A DNA stretch of 64,000 nt from a virus, in IMG/VR virus record IMGVR_UViG_3300034375_010798. The stretch is one strand, 5' to 3'. Positions 30,850 through 40,570 of this stretch are shown here, in pieces. The notes beneath the pieces were generated by a model. That model saw only the letters and a list, made by a program, of their open reading frames with translations, ran no database searches and had not been told where the DNA came from. The stretch's first letter is position 1. Each line of letters opens with the position of its first letter. Made by a program: the position numbers and the translations under genes.

Positions 30850-31271
30850 GTTGGGATGAATATGCTATGGGGTTGATTAGCCCCATAGCTATTCGATCTG
30901 AAGACCCTCATACAAAAGTCGGAGCTGTGATATTAGATAAGGATGGTAGAATTGTTGGAACTGGATACAATTCTTTACCTAGAGGATTATCACAGAAAGA
31001 CTTTCCACTCACCAGACCAGAGAAATATAGTCATATAGTTCATGCCGAACTTAATGCTATATTATTTTCTGACTCTTCAAGATTAGAAGGATCTACTTTA
31101 TATGTATCATTTTTGCCTTGTTGTGAATGTGCAAAATGCATTGTTCAAGTTGGCATATCTAAGGTTATATATGGAACAGAATATATATCCAAGGACTCTA
31201 AAAGCAACCAAGATATAGGCACAAAAATGATGCAAAAAGCAGGCATAAAGGTAGAACAATACAGCAAATAA
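30834..31271 (+). CDS. dCMP deaminase
   Basis: RSEDPHTKVGAVI, TGYN, VHAELNAI, PCCECAK. Confidence 0.92.
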   Translation: MRDKISWDEYAMGLISPIAIRSEDPHTKVGAVILDKDGRIVGTGYNSLPRGLSQKDFPLTRPEKYSHIVHAELNAILFSDSSRLEGSTLYVSFLPCCECAKCIVQVGISKVIYGTEYISKDSKSNQDIGTKMMQKAGIKVEQYSK

Positions 31272-31275
31272 TATA

Positions 31276-31304
31276 TTGACAAATAGTGAATATCTTATTA
31301 TATT
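31276..31304 (+). promoter_or_regulatory. Sigma70-like early promoter TTGACA-N17-TATATT
   Basis: Directly upstream of dnaE. Confidence 0.75.
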
Positions 31305-31333
31305 ATATATACAAATTTTACGGGAGATAAATT

Positions 31334-34300
31334 ATGTATAATTATGATAGTAAGGTTGACACGTATACTCACTTACACGTTCACAGTAGTTATTCTATGT
31401 TGGATGGTATTGGTAAACCATCTGACAACGCCAAGAGAGCTGCTGATATTGGTATGCAAGCTCTGGCACTAACTGATCACGGTTCTTGTGCAGGCTTGTA
31501 TGAGTTTCAAACAGCGTGTGATAAGTATGGTGTAAAACCTATTTTAGGTAATGAGTTTTACTTTGTAGAAGATAGGCACCGTAAGGGCTTAACTGATGAT
31601 GAAAAAGAAGGTCTATCAAAGCAAGAACAAAAAGAATTACAAAAACAAAGACAAGCTAACCCTCACCTTATTTTGTTGGCTGAAACAGATGAAGGTTTAC
31701 GTAACATATATCGTTTAAACTACTACGCCAACAAAGATGGTTTCTATAGTAAACCTCGTATTGATTTGAGTTTATTAGCTCAACACAACGAAGGGCTTAT
31801 CGCCACAACTACATGTATTATTTCACCATTTGCAAAGTATTACTTCAAAGGTGAAACTGATAAGATGAGAACCTTATTCAACAAGATGTATAATATATTT
31901 GGTAAGGATCGTTTCTTTGTGGAATTACACCCACATGAAAAGTTCTCTTATAGAGATAACGGTGGAGATCAACACGCTCAACGTGAGTATAACTTTGCGA
32001 TGGTAGAGATGTTTCGTAAGAACTATGACATTCGATGTGTGTTAGCTAATGATGCTCACTACCCCGAAAAGAAACATGCTGATGTTCATGGGTTTATGTT
32101 GAATGTTAACACCAATGGTAAGTTTGATGAAACTAACTGTAAGAACTTATACATTGCACCCGAAGAAGATATGCGTAGGTTTTGGCATGACAATGGACAC
32201 CATGAATGTATTGATAACTCTATCTTAGATGAAGCTATAGAAACAACCAAAGAGATAGCTACGCGTTGTCACGCTCGTATTGATGTTGAATCACTCAAGG
32301 AACCCAAGTTTTCTGTTCCAAGTGGATACGACAACAATCGTCAGTATATTCTAAAGTTACTCAAGGATAGTTTGATGAGTAAGGTTGATTCTGGTATTAT
32401 ACCCGAAGAAAAGACAGATGTATACATAGAGCGTGTAAAGACGGAGTTAGACTTGATTCACAGTAAGGGTTACGTTGATTACTTCCTACTCACAAGAGAT
32501 TTTTGTAACTGGGCTGAGGAGAATGATATAGTTCAATCACCCGGTAGAGGTAGCGCTGCAGGTAGTCTTATCTGTTGGTTGTTAGGTATAACAAGAGTTG
32601 ATCCAATCAAGTATGACTTATTCTTTGAGCGTTTTATGAACCCAGAACGTATCAAGGAACCCGATATTGACAATGACTTCCAAGATAGTCGCAGGCAAGA
32701 AGTAAAAGATTATGTTGCTAAGAAGTGGGGTAGTGCTAATATCGCTTCATGTTGTGCGTATAGTAGATATACATCTAATACTTTATTGAGAGAAGTTCTT
32801 AAGCATTACAATATAGATTTCAAAGAAGCCAATAAGATAGCTAAGAGTATTAGTGGTCATGTGTCTCTCAACAAAGATATGGCTACTTTATCACAAATAA
32901 TGGATGAAAATAAAACTGTCCGTGAGTTTATCAATGGGTTAGAATCCTCTCAACGTGATAATATAATCAACATTCTTGATACAGTTATTGGTAATGTTCG
33001 TAACGTAACTATTGCGGGTGGTGGAACTATTGTTAGTAGTGAGCCTCTCAATGAGATGATGCCGTTGCGTATAAGTAAAGATGAAGGTATTATCACTGAG
33101 TGGCAGGTAGAAGAGCTTACCAAGATGAAGTTTCTCAAGATTGATATACTCGGTATATCCACTCTATCAGTAATTAAGACTATTATGGATGACGTAGGTA
33201 TGACACTGGATGATTTATATAATCTACCTATGGAACGTGAAGAATACTCTGATGAGGATAAACAATACTATGACAAAGCATATGAACTATTACGAGCGGG
33301 CGATACACAAGGTATATTCCAGTTTGCAGGAGCAAATATCACAAGATGCTTAGTTAACACCAAACCCACTCAATTAGAAGACTTAGCTGCTGTTAATGCT
33401 ATATATCGTCCCGGTGTTATTAAGATGGGTGCATTAGATAAGTTTATCAATAGACGTAATGGTAAGGAAGAGTCTAAGAATGACATACATCCATTATTTG
33501 ATGATATTCTATCACCTACAGAATACATTATGATCTACCAAGAGCAATTCATTCAAATGTTTAACAAGCTTGGTTTGGATTTTGGTAAGGCTGATATCAT
33601 GCGTCGTATGGCAGAAGCTAATGATAAGGATGCTTGTCGTAAGTATTTGGAAGATAATCTATACAACGATGAGTCACGTATGGTTCTTTCATTGAAAGAA
33701 ACCCGTAAGGTGGCTGATAAGATTATAGACGGTGCAGGTTATCTATTCAACAAGAGCCACGCATTGTGTTATTCTCAGTTAGCATACTGGACAGCATACA
33801 TGAAGGCTCGTTATCCAGATCGTTTTAGTGAGGTTATGTTTAATCATCATGTGTCTGATAAGGATAATCTTGGTATTACATTAACAATGGCTAAGAGGTT
33901 ATTAGATAATCCAAAGGTTTCATTGGGCGATATAAATAACTTCAGTAAGGATTATACTGTTAAGGATAATAATATTACTATTGGTCTTAAATCTGTAAAA
34001 GGTATAGGTGATTCTGTTATAAATAAGATTATTAAATATCGTCCTGCAGGTGGTTGGTTAACCTTTCAAGAGTTTATTCAAGATAATTTATCTCTTAAGC
34101 TTATACCTTTTGGAACAAGAGAAGATAAGTTAAGTGGTATACAATTATTAATTCATTTGGGCATGTTTGATAATCTTCCAATTAATGGTAGTGGTGTTTT
34201 ATATAGTAGAAAAGCATTATGTGATGTTGTTGATTGCCTAACTAAAATAGATTCTGAGAAGAAGAAAAGACAAAAAGATATAATGGAGAAACTTACCGGT

Positions 34301-34804
34301 GATAAAGATACAAAATTGTATGAATTATTAGGTAAGGTAAACTTAGAAAACTTGGTTTCTTGTTTAGAAATAGATATTGAAGAAGAATATGATGAAGTAT
34401 ATACAATTAACACAGAGGTTGAGTATGTTGGTTTTCGTTTAAATGAAGACGAAGAAAGACAGAATGTCATAGTTGACTGTGTTAAAGATATGGATATAAG
34501 TCATATAGCTGATTTTGATGACAATAACCAAGAAGAAAGTAAGCATTTTTGGTCTATAATACGCTCTGTGGAGTCTTTAAAAACTAAGAAGGGTAAACCC
34601 TACGCTAATGTTCGTTTGGATGATGGCACGAGTTTTAGGGTGTGGTGGAATAAACTGCAGTATATAAAGGAAAGTCTATTGCCCGGTAAGGTTATAATGA
34701 TACAGTTAAACTCAGATACTTTTGGTAGAAGTCTCTCTTTTTCAAAGAATAGTTTTATAAGTGAGGAAGATATCATAAAGCTTTATAAAGAAGTTTCTAG
34801 ATGA
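31334..34804 (+). CDS. dnaE: DNA polymerase III alpha subunit (family C) with PHP domain
   Basis: HLHVHSSYSMLDG, TDHG, NDAHY, PGRGSAAGSL, FERFMNPER..PDIDND, KIDILG, FNKSHA, C-terminal OB fold KTKKGKPYA. Confidence 0.97.
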   Translation: MYNYDSKVDTYTHLHVHSSYSMLDGIGKPSDNAKRAADIGMQALALTDHGSCAGLYEFQTACDKYGVKPILGNEFYFVEDRHRKGLTDDEKEGLSKQEQKELQKQRQANPHLILLAETDEGLRNIYRLNYYANKDGFYSKPRIDLSLLAQHNEGLIATTTCIISPFAKYYFKGETDKMRTLFNKMYNIFGKDRFFVELHPHEKFSYRDNGGDQHAQREYNFAMVEMFRKNYDIRCVLANDAHYPEKKHADVHGFMLNVNTNGKFDETNCKNLYIAPEEDMRRFWHDNGHHECIDNSILDEAIETTKEIATRCHARIDVESLKEPKFSVPSGYDNNRQYILKLLKDSLMSKVDSGIIPEEKTDVYIERVKTELDLIHSKGYVDYFLLTRDFCNWAEENDIVQSPGRGSAAGSLICWLLGITRVDPIKYDLFFERFMNPERIKEPDIDNDFQDSRRQEVKDYVAKKWGSANIASCCAYSRYTSNTLLREVLKHYNIDFKEANKIAKSISGHVSLNKDMATLSQIMDENKTVREFINGLESSQRDNIINILDTVIGNVRNVTIAGGGTIVSSEPLNEMMPLRISKDEGIITEWQVEELTKMKFLKIDILGISTLSVIKTIMDDVGMTLDDLYNLPMEREEYSDEDKQYYDKAYELLRAGDTQGIFQFAGANITRCLVNTKPTQLEDLAAVNAIYRPGVIKMGALDKFINRRNGKEESKNDIHPLFDDILSPTEYIMIYQEQFIQMFNKLGLDFGKADIMRRMAEANDKDACRKYLEDNLYNDESRMVLSLKETRKVADKIIDGAGYLFNKSHALCYSQLAYWTAYMKARYPDRFSEVMFNHHVSDKDNLGITLTMAKRLLDNPKVSLGDINNFSKDYTVKDNNITIGLKSVKGIGDSVINKIIKYRPAGGWLTFQEFIQDNLSLKLIPFGTREDKLSGIQLLIHLGMFDNLPINGSGVLYSRKALCDVVDCLTKIDSEKKKRQKDIMEKLTGDKDTKLYELLGKVNLENLVSCLEIDIEEEYDEVYTINTEVEYVGFRLNEDEERQNVIVDCVKDMDISHIADFDDNNQEESKHFWSIIRSVESLKTKKGKPYANVRLDDGTSFRVWWNKLQYIKESLLPGKVIMIQLNSDTFGRSLSFSKNSFISEEDIIKLYKEVSR

Positions 34805-34829
34805 TATTTATAATGGAAGGAGATATAAC

Positions 34830-35399
34830 ATGGCCATAAGAAGAGACAATACAAAAATGACTAGGGAAGATATAATATCCAAACCCGGTGCTTTAGCAGC
34901 TAAAATTGTTTTCAATAATCTTTATGATGATGATTTTAACTTATGTTTCATTGGAAATGTTATGGGCAATACATTATATACTGTTCAGTTAAACAACAGA
35001 GAAAGAGCTATAGTTGGTTTTACAGATGAATCCTTACTAGAAGCGTATGCTAATAGATTGAGAATAGTGAAGAACCTTAAAACTACATTTGGAGCTAAAA
35101 TAGTTAGTGTTAAATTAAATATTTGCACACTTAACAGTCTTATAGAAACTAGTCAAGATGTTGGTGATGTTGTAGATTTTGTAAGTGATGATATAGTAAG
35201 AACTCTTATAATTAACCCTAATAATAAAGATTTTTTTATACCTATACACATACCTGCAATGTCAAAAATGTTAATAGAACAAGGATTAATAGAAGAAGAT
35301 GATATTGAAGAAGTAGCTGATAAAGAAAATTTAAAAATTTTAGAATATAACAAAAAGTCAAAAAGGTTTGCTTTTGAGGAAACCGATACTAATTTTTAA
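34830..35399 (+). CDS. Hypothetical protein
   Basis: AAGGAG RBS, 189 aa. Confidence 0.7.
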   Translation: MAIRRDNTKMTREDIISKPGALAAKIVFNNLYDDDFNLCFIGNVMGNTLYTVQLNNRERAIVGFTDESLLEAYANRLRIVKNLKTTFGAKIVSVKLNICTLNSLIETSQDVGDVVDFVSDDIVRTLIINPNNKDFFIPIHIPAMSKMLIEQGLIEEDDIEEVADKENLKILEYNKKSKRFAFEETDTNF

Positions 35400-35402
35400 A
35401 AA

Positions 35403-35489
35403 ATGGTTAGTTATATATAACAAGATTTAGCATCTCCCGAATAAATGTTTTTATGCTAATACAATTCTTTATTATATATAACTAACCAT
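35403..35489. repeat. Intergenic long hairpin: perfect 18-bp inverted repeat with inner 7-bp stem
   Basis: ATGGTTAGTTATATATAA (35403-20) / TTATATATAACTAACCAT (35472-89); TTAGCAT/ATGCTAA inside. Confidence 0.85.
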
Positions 35490-35511
35490 ATTATTTTACA
35501 AAGGGGTTATT

Positions 35512-35868
35512 ATGAGTGATGAAGAAGTTTTAATAGATATTAAAGATGAATCATTAGTTGCAAGAGTTGAGCATATTAAAGAAGAGTTGATTAAAATATC
35601 ATATGCTCTTAGATCACAACTTAGTGGCGATATGTCTAATGAACAGTTGTTAGAAAGTGTTTATTTTAAGCAGTGGATAATTTCTAATGAAATTATTAAG
35701 AAGTTAAATGAAGGTGGAGATTATAATAGGTTATTGTATTTTTTATATGAGAAATGTGATAAAAATATATTATATTTGATGTCTCATTATGATATTGATT
35801 TTGAAACTGATCAAGATGGTAATATAACAAAAATTAATCTTGTAATATTAGAGGAACAAGATGGATGA
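35512..35868 (+). CDS. Hypothetical protein
   Basis: ORF with AAGGGG RBS. Confidence 0.65.
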   Translation: MSDEEVLIDIKDESLVARVEHIKEELIKISYALRSQLSGDMSNEQLLESVYFKQWIISNEIIKKLNEGGDYNRLLYFLYEKCDKNILYLMSHYDIDFETDQDGNITKINLVILEEQDG

Positions 35869-36337
35869 GCAAGATGATGAATATTATGAAAAAAGAGAAA
35901 AAATAATACAAATGTTTTTATCTTTGATGAGCGACATTGCAATAATAAATGATATGTCATATGGGTTCAATTCAAAATCATCAGAGATGATATCAAATAA
36001 AGATGTTACAGATTTAACTACACCTAATATGATTTTTGATTTAATGCAATCAATAGAAGGGTTAATATCTAGTAGTCATCTTGTTAATCAAAAATTATTG
36101 GCTATAATATCTAATATTGAGATTGATAGTAAAGAGAATAGTGAAGAAGAAATAAAAATAAGAAAAGATGAGGGTGAAATAAAAAAGGTTGAAGACGCTT
36201 TAAAAAAACTAAAAGTAGAAATAGTTAATGATAAAAATAAAGATACTGAACAACCTCAAAAAAACCCTTTAATAGATAATGCAATAGAATACTTAAAAAA
36301 CAAGTTATTAGATGAAAAGGAAGAAGATGATGAGTAA
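35861..36337 (+). CDS. Hypothetical acidic protein
   Basis: ORF, overlapping operon arrangement. Confidence 0.65.
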   Translation: MDEQDDEYYEKREKIIQMFLSLMSDIAIINDMSYGFNSKSSEMISNKDVTDLTTPNMIFDLMQSIEGLISSSHLVNQKLLAIISNIEIDSKENSEEEIKIRKDEGEIKKVEDALKKLKVEIVNDKNKDTEQPQKNPLIDNAIEYLKNKLLDEKEEDDE

Positions 36338-36569
36338 TATATTAACACCAGATCAAATACAAACTGCTGATACTGCTGAGCCACATCAAATACTTATGGC
36401 TGTTCATAAGAGATTGGTTAATGCAGAAAATCTTATATCTCAATATAAGGCTGTAGTAAATGATTTGGCTATTCAAGTAGAAATGTTTAGAGATAAGAAT
36501 AAAGAGATTACAGAAGATGTTGCTAAAATATATAAAGAATTAAATGAACTCAAAGAAGAAAAAAATTAA
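36312..36569 (+). CDS. Coiled-coil hypothetical protein
   Basis: ORF; true start is probably ATG near 36327-36330. Confidence 0.6.
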   Translation: MKRKKMMSNILTPDQIQTADTAEPHQILMAVHKRLVNAENLISQYKAVVNDLAIQVEMFRDKNKEITEDVAKIYKELNELKEEKN

Positions 36570-37035
36570 TAGGGAAAAAGCAAAAAGATTAAGAGAAAAG
36601 CTTTCAAACTCTTATTCTCATAAACCTAAAAGAACAAGAAAACACAAACAAAGAACATTACCAGAACAGTTAACTCAAGATCTGTTAGAAGAACTGAGTA
36701 TAGAATTTGAGATAGAAAAATCACTGCAGTATAAGTTTTCTTGGAAACATTATGATATATGTTTGATAGATTACCCTATACTTATAGAAGTAGATGGCAA
36801 CTATTGGCATGGAGAAAAAAAGACGGTTGATAAAAAAATGAGATTGGTGCATTATAAAAATAAACAAAATGATGCAATAAAGAATTGGTTGGCTAAAAAA
36901 AATGGTTATAAACTAATTCGAATCTGGGAAAATGAAATAAAAGATGATAGAGAATCTGTCAAACAAAAAATCCTAGATACAATTTCAAACATTATAACCG
37001 AGAATAAAATTGGAACAAGAGAAAGTAATAAATGA
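36544..37035 (+). CDS. Vsr/DUF559-like PD-(D/E)xK endonuclease
   Basis: YDI...LIEVDGNYWHG...ND..KN..A...GYKLIRIWE. Confidence 0.85.
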   Translation: MNSKKKKINREKAKRLREKLSNSYSHKPKRTRKHKQRTLPEQLTQDLLEELSIEFEIEKSLQYKFSWKHYDICLIDYPILIEVDGNYWHGEKKTVDKKMRLVHYKNKQNDAIKNWLAKKNGYKLIRIWENEIKDDRESVKQKILDTISNIITENKIGTRESNK

Positions 37036-37411
37036 GGCAATTAACAGTAGTGTTGGTTTGTTTTTTGGAGAGTATGCGTGGGTTACATTATTAGCTTTAA
37101 TAGCTATACTTTTTAAATCAACAATAGAAAGTTCTGTAGCTGGATTAATGATTTTTCTTGGTAGGGATTATGACGATGATGATGTAGTTTATTTAAATGA
37201 TAAGCCAGCAAGAATAATAAGAGTTGGTATATGGTCTACGGTTTTTTACATATATGATATAGAAACAAAAAATGGTGAATCATATATAGCAGGTGGAAAA
37301 AAATTAGTTGTAAGTAATGTTAAATTAAAAGATATGATGTTAGAGAAGCCATTACAAAATATAGAATTAAAGGAGAATTTTTTTGTCAAAGAAAAAAAAG
37401 AGATTGATTAA
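37010..37411 (+). CDS. Membrane protein resembling a truncated MscS (TM helix plus beta domain)
   Basis: TM helix, then SSVAGLMIF...DDVVYLND...IIRVGIWST. Confidence 0.5.
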   Translation: MEQEKVINEAINSSVGLFFGEYAWVTLLALIAILFKSTIESSVAGLMIFLGRDYDDDDVVYLNDKPARIIRVGIWSTVFYIYDIETKNGESYIAGGKKLVVSNVKLKDMMLEKPLQNIELKENFFVKEKKEID

Positions 37412-37634
37412 GGTTTTATCAAATATGGTAGAAAAAGAACAAGATTTATTAAACAGGATAGAGGTTTTAGAAACATACATAAATCATTTAGAGGGTATGA
37501 TATTTAATGAAGAATTTCAAGAATCAGATTCTTTTCTTAATAAAATGAGTAAAGAAGATATAGAATCAACAAAGATGTGGTCAATAGATGACCTATTAAA
37601 AGATATAGAGGATACTAACAATAATGACAGTTGA
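37383..37634 (+). CDS. Hypothetical protein
   Basis: ORF. Confidence 0.5.
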   Translation: MSKKKKRLIKVLSNMVEKEQDLLNRIEVLETYINHLEGMIFNEEFQESDSFLNKMSKEDIESTKMWSIDDLLKDIEDTNNNDS

Positions 37635-37953
37635 TGTTCTGATAGCTATAATTATAGTGTTGGTTACAGAGTTTGGAATAGTTTTCACTCATGTTTTTCC
37701 AGCCGCATATAATCATGATCATTGGGCACATAAGCCATGGATAGATGGTCTTGGCATAGCTAATTGGTATCATGTTGCATCTTTTTTAAGTCATTGGCCC
37801 GCGGTATTTTTTATACATATTAATTTTATACCTTTTTTTTTGTGGCCAGTAACATTAATATTATGTGATATTATATGGTCTTTTGTTAAAAGTAAGGGTG
37901 GAAAGAATTGGGATCGTTGGTATATACAATTAATTAAACGTATATTAAGATAG
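37624..37953 (+). CDS. His/Trp-rich membrane protein
   Basis: Hydrophobic segments. Confidence 0.6.
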   Translation: MTVDVLIAIIIVLVTEFGIVFTHVFPAAYNHDHWAHKPWIDGLGIANWYHVASFLSHWPAVFFIHINFIPFFLWPVTLILCDIIWSFVKSKGGKNWDRWYIQLIKRILR

Positions 37954-37965
37954 TGGGGTGGAGTT

Positions 37966-38616
37966 GTGATTATAGATTATAAAAAAATAAAAAAAATAAA
38001 AAATACAAAATTTAATAATAAGATTCCTAATAATCATAAAAAAATATTGAACTCTTTAGAAAAATCATATTTTTCAAATTTTGTAAAAGAAAATAAAATT
38101 CCAACTCCTCCTCCTAATAACTCTGTTAAAACAGTAACGGAATTAAAAAAGATTTCCAAAATAACTTTCAAACAAAATATTGTTAAAAAGTATGATAATA
38201 TTTATAAAGTTTTTGTTGATTTTTTAGAAAGTAAAGGTTTAGAAGTAAACAAAGCATTAATAAGAGGTTTGTTAAAGGAAAGTTATAGAGTTGTTTTATT
38301 TTATAAGTATAAGTTCAACAGACCTAGACCTAAACAATTAGCAGAACTATATGATATAGATTTAGTCAAACTGTCAGAATTAGATAGTATGAATACGCCA
38401 GCTTATCCATCTGGGCATAGCACACAAGGTTTTTTTATAGCTAAGGTATTATCTGACGCTCATCCTGATCATAAAAACGATCTGATGAATATAGCTAAGA
38501 AAATATCTTATAGTAGACAGATTGCCCGCGCACATTATCCATCAGACTCAAAAGCTGGCGAAAAATTAGGATTGCAATTATATAAGGAGTATATAAAGAA
38601 TCAAAATGTTGATTGA
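37966..38616 (+). CDS. PAP2 / vanadium-haloperoxidase-superfamily phosphatase
   Basis: KYKFNRPRP, PAYPSGHS, SRQIARAHYPSD. Confidence 0.88.
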   Translation: MIIDYKKIKKIKNTKFNNKIPNNHKKILNSLEKSYFSNFVKENKIPTPPPNNSVKTVTELKKISKITFKQNIVKKYDNIYKVFVDFLESKGLEVNKALIRGLLKESYRVVLFYKYKFNRPRPKQLAELYDIDLVKLSELDSMNTPAYPSGHSTQGFFIAKVLSDAHPDHKNDLMNIAKKISYSRQIARAHYPSDSKAGEKLGLQLYKEYIKNQNVD

Positions 38617-38782
38617 AACAAATAGTTATTATTATGCACAATATGCAATGGCATATTATAATGCTACAAAAGGCACTGACAATATGTCATACAAGAAAAA
38701 ACAATTAGTAGAAAAACCTTCCAAAATAGCTGCAATATTTAGAAACAAATCTAGCAAAAATAATATTGACTTATTGGTGTAA
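38606..38782 (+). CDS. Possible small ORF (58 aa)
   Basis: MLIETNSYYYAQ...NNIDLLV fills the gap; weak RBS. Confidence 0.3.
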   Translation: MLIETNSYYYAQYAMAYYNATKGTDNMSYKKKQLVEKPSKIAAIFRNKSSKNNIDLLV

Positions 38783-38794
38783 ATTCACTATATT
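38766..38794 (+). promoter_or_regulatory. Sigma70-like promoter TTGACT-N17-TATATT (predicts a leaderless mRNA)
   Basis: ATG at 38801 lies 7 nt after the -10 box. Confidence 0.7.
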
Positions 38795-38800
38795 ATATAT

Positions 38801-39262
38801 ATGAAAATTTTAAGAGACATAAAACACATATATCAAAAAATACGTTATGGTTATTCTGGTAGGGATTTGTGGTCACTGGATCACACCATAACGGATTTTG
38901 TATTGCCCCGACTTATTTCTTTTCGTAATGGTGGTGGAAACTCATATTTGGATGGGCCTAGTGGTTCACCTTTATTAGAAGGATATACAGAAGAGCAACA
39001 TGATGAAATGTATGAAGAGTGGTTGAGAATATTGGATAAAATGATATTGGCATTTGAGTATCATAAGTTAGATATGAATGATGTTGATTCTGGTATTGAT
39101 ACAGATCGGTTGTTTGTTGATGAGCCGGGTGGTAAAGTGCACTTTCAACATGATTACGAAGAAAAGTGGGAAGAATACAAGTTAGAGGCTGAAAGGCGTG
39201 ATAAGGTTATAGAAGAAGGATTTGCATTGTTCGCGAAGTATTATAGAAACTTGTGGGACTAA
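38801..39262 (+). CDS. Conserved phage hypothetical protein
   Basis: DLWSLDHT...PRL...WLRILDKMILAFE...EEGFALFAKYYRNLWD, a family I recognise from large phages. Confidence 0.75.
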   Translation: MKILRDIKHIYQKIRYGYSGRDLWSLDHTITDFVLPRLISFRNGGGNSYLDGPSGSPLLEGYTEEQHDEMYEEWLRILDKMILAFEYHKLDMNDVDSGIDTDRLFVDEPGGKVHFQHDYEEKWEEYKLEAERRDKVIEEGFALFAKYYRNLWD

Positions 39263-39277
39263 AAGAAACGAGGTTAT

Positions 39278-40318
39278 GTGATAAGTTATATTGGTGGTAA
39301 GAATAGAATGGCAGAATGGATTAGTAGTTACATTCCAGAGTGTGAAACGTATGTAGAGGTATTTGGTGGTGCATTTTGGGTGTATGTAAACTCTGACATC
39401 CATGAAAGAGCACAGAATGTTATTTACAACGATTTCAATCCTTACATGGTAAATCTATTTCGTTGTGCGTCAGAACCAAAGAAGTTTATGAAGTTTATTG
39501 AGAGTAAGAATCCACCAGTTCAAACTAAAGGGCAACCAGAACTAAGTAGAGAATGTAATGATTTCTTTTATCAGTGTAAGAAAGAAATGTTTGGTAGGAA
39601 TGCGTTGAAGAAATTTTTATCAGACAAGGTTCGTCGCCATCAAATAGCTACACACATTCATTATTTAGAGGGTGGCACTTCTACTCTTGAAAAGATTGAG
39701 AAAGATATTCTTTCTGAGATAAACTATTGTATAAAACAGTTGCGTGAAAGAACTAGTAATAGTCAATCAGTAGCAAGAGACAAGATTAGGGAAAAGATAC
39801 AAGCAGGTAAGAAAGACCAATCCATAGCTATGAAGTATGCTTACATACTTGCATCATCATTTAGTGGTGTAGATCCTGTTGACGCAGAGTTTCAAGATTA
39901 CAAGGGTATGTATGGTTCTAAATTTACTGCATTTACAAACAGATTAACTAGTGATAAGTTTATTCCCAAGTTGAAGAAGATACATACTTGTGAGAATATG
40001 TCATTTGAGGAGGTAATAGCAAAGTATGATTCACCCACAACATATTTCTACGTTGACCCTCCTTATTGGAATACTGAGTCTTACTATAGTTTACATGAGT
40101 TTGGAAGAGAACAGCATTACCAGTTGAGAGATTCTCTTCATGGCATATCTGGTAAGTTTTCATTATCATATTATGATTTTGATGAGTTGAGTGAGATGTA
40201 TCCAAAGAATGATTTTGTTTGGGAAAGAAAAGAGTTTGCGAAACCTGCAGGAGCAAAAGAAGGTGTTGATCAAGGTGTAGGTGAAGAACTTCTTATTATG
40301 AATTATAATAATGTATGA
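39278..40318 (+). CDS. dam: DNA adenine methyltransferase (Dam/D12 class)
   Basis: YIGGKNR, YVEVFGGA, YNDFN, FYVDPPY. Confidence 0.88.
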   Translation: MISYIGGKNRMAEWISSYIPECETYVEVFGGAFWVYVNSDIHERAQNVIYNDFNPYMVNLFRCASEPKKFMKFIESKNPPVQTKGQPELSRECNDFFYQCKKEMFGRNALKKFLSDKVRRHQIATHIHYLEGGTSTLEKIEKDILSEINYCIKQLRERTSNSQSVARDKIREKIQAGKKDQSIAMKYAYILASSFSGVDPVDAEFQDYKGMYGSKFTAFTNRLTSDKFIPKLKKIHTCENMSFEEVIAKYDSPTTYFYVDPPYWNTESYYSLHEFGREQHYQLRDSLHGISGKFSLSYYDFDELSEMYPKNDFVWERKEFAKPAGAKEGVDQGVGEELLIMNYNNV

Positions 40319-40366
40319 TATTTATATTAAGAATAACTCTTAACCCTTATTTTATGGAGAAGATCA

Positions 40367-40522
40367 ATGTCTTGTTCATGTAGTGTCAAAAAACAGTGTA
40401 AATGTTCCCATAAGAGTCAATGTTGTGATGATTGTTCTTGTGGCAAAAAGATAACTAAAGAACAAGTTGTCATAGATTGCGAAAAAGAAGAAAACGAGAA
40501 CATAGTAAGAGGTTTAGATTAA
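40367..40522 (+). CDS. Metallothionein-like Cys-rich peptide (51 aa, not in ORF track)
   Basis: MSCSCSVKKQCKCSHKSQCCDDCSCGK...; GGAG RBS at 40356. Confidence 0.6.
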   Translation: MSCSCSVKKQCKCSHKSQCCDDCSCGKKITKEQVVIDCEKEENENIVRGLD

Positions 40523-40526
40523 TCTT

Positions 40527-40552
40527 TGTTGGCGGTGTTAACACCGCCAACA
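40527..40552. repeat. Perfect 26-bp palindrome TGTTGGCGGTGTTAACACCGCCAACA
   Basis: Seen directly; GC-rich, intergenic. Confidence 0.9.
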
Positions 40553-40570
40553 TCAAAAAATGGAGTTTTT

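Noticed and set aside
40527-40552. Rho-independent terminator
   Set aside because: No U-tract 3' of the stem on either strand
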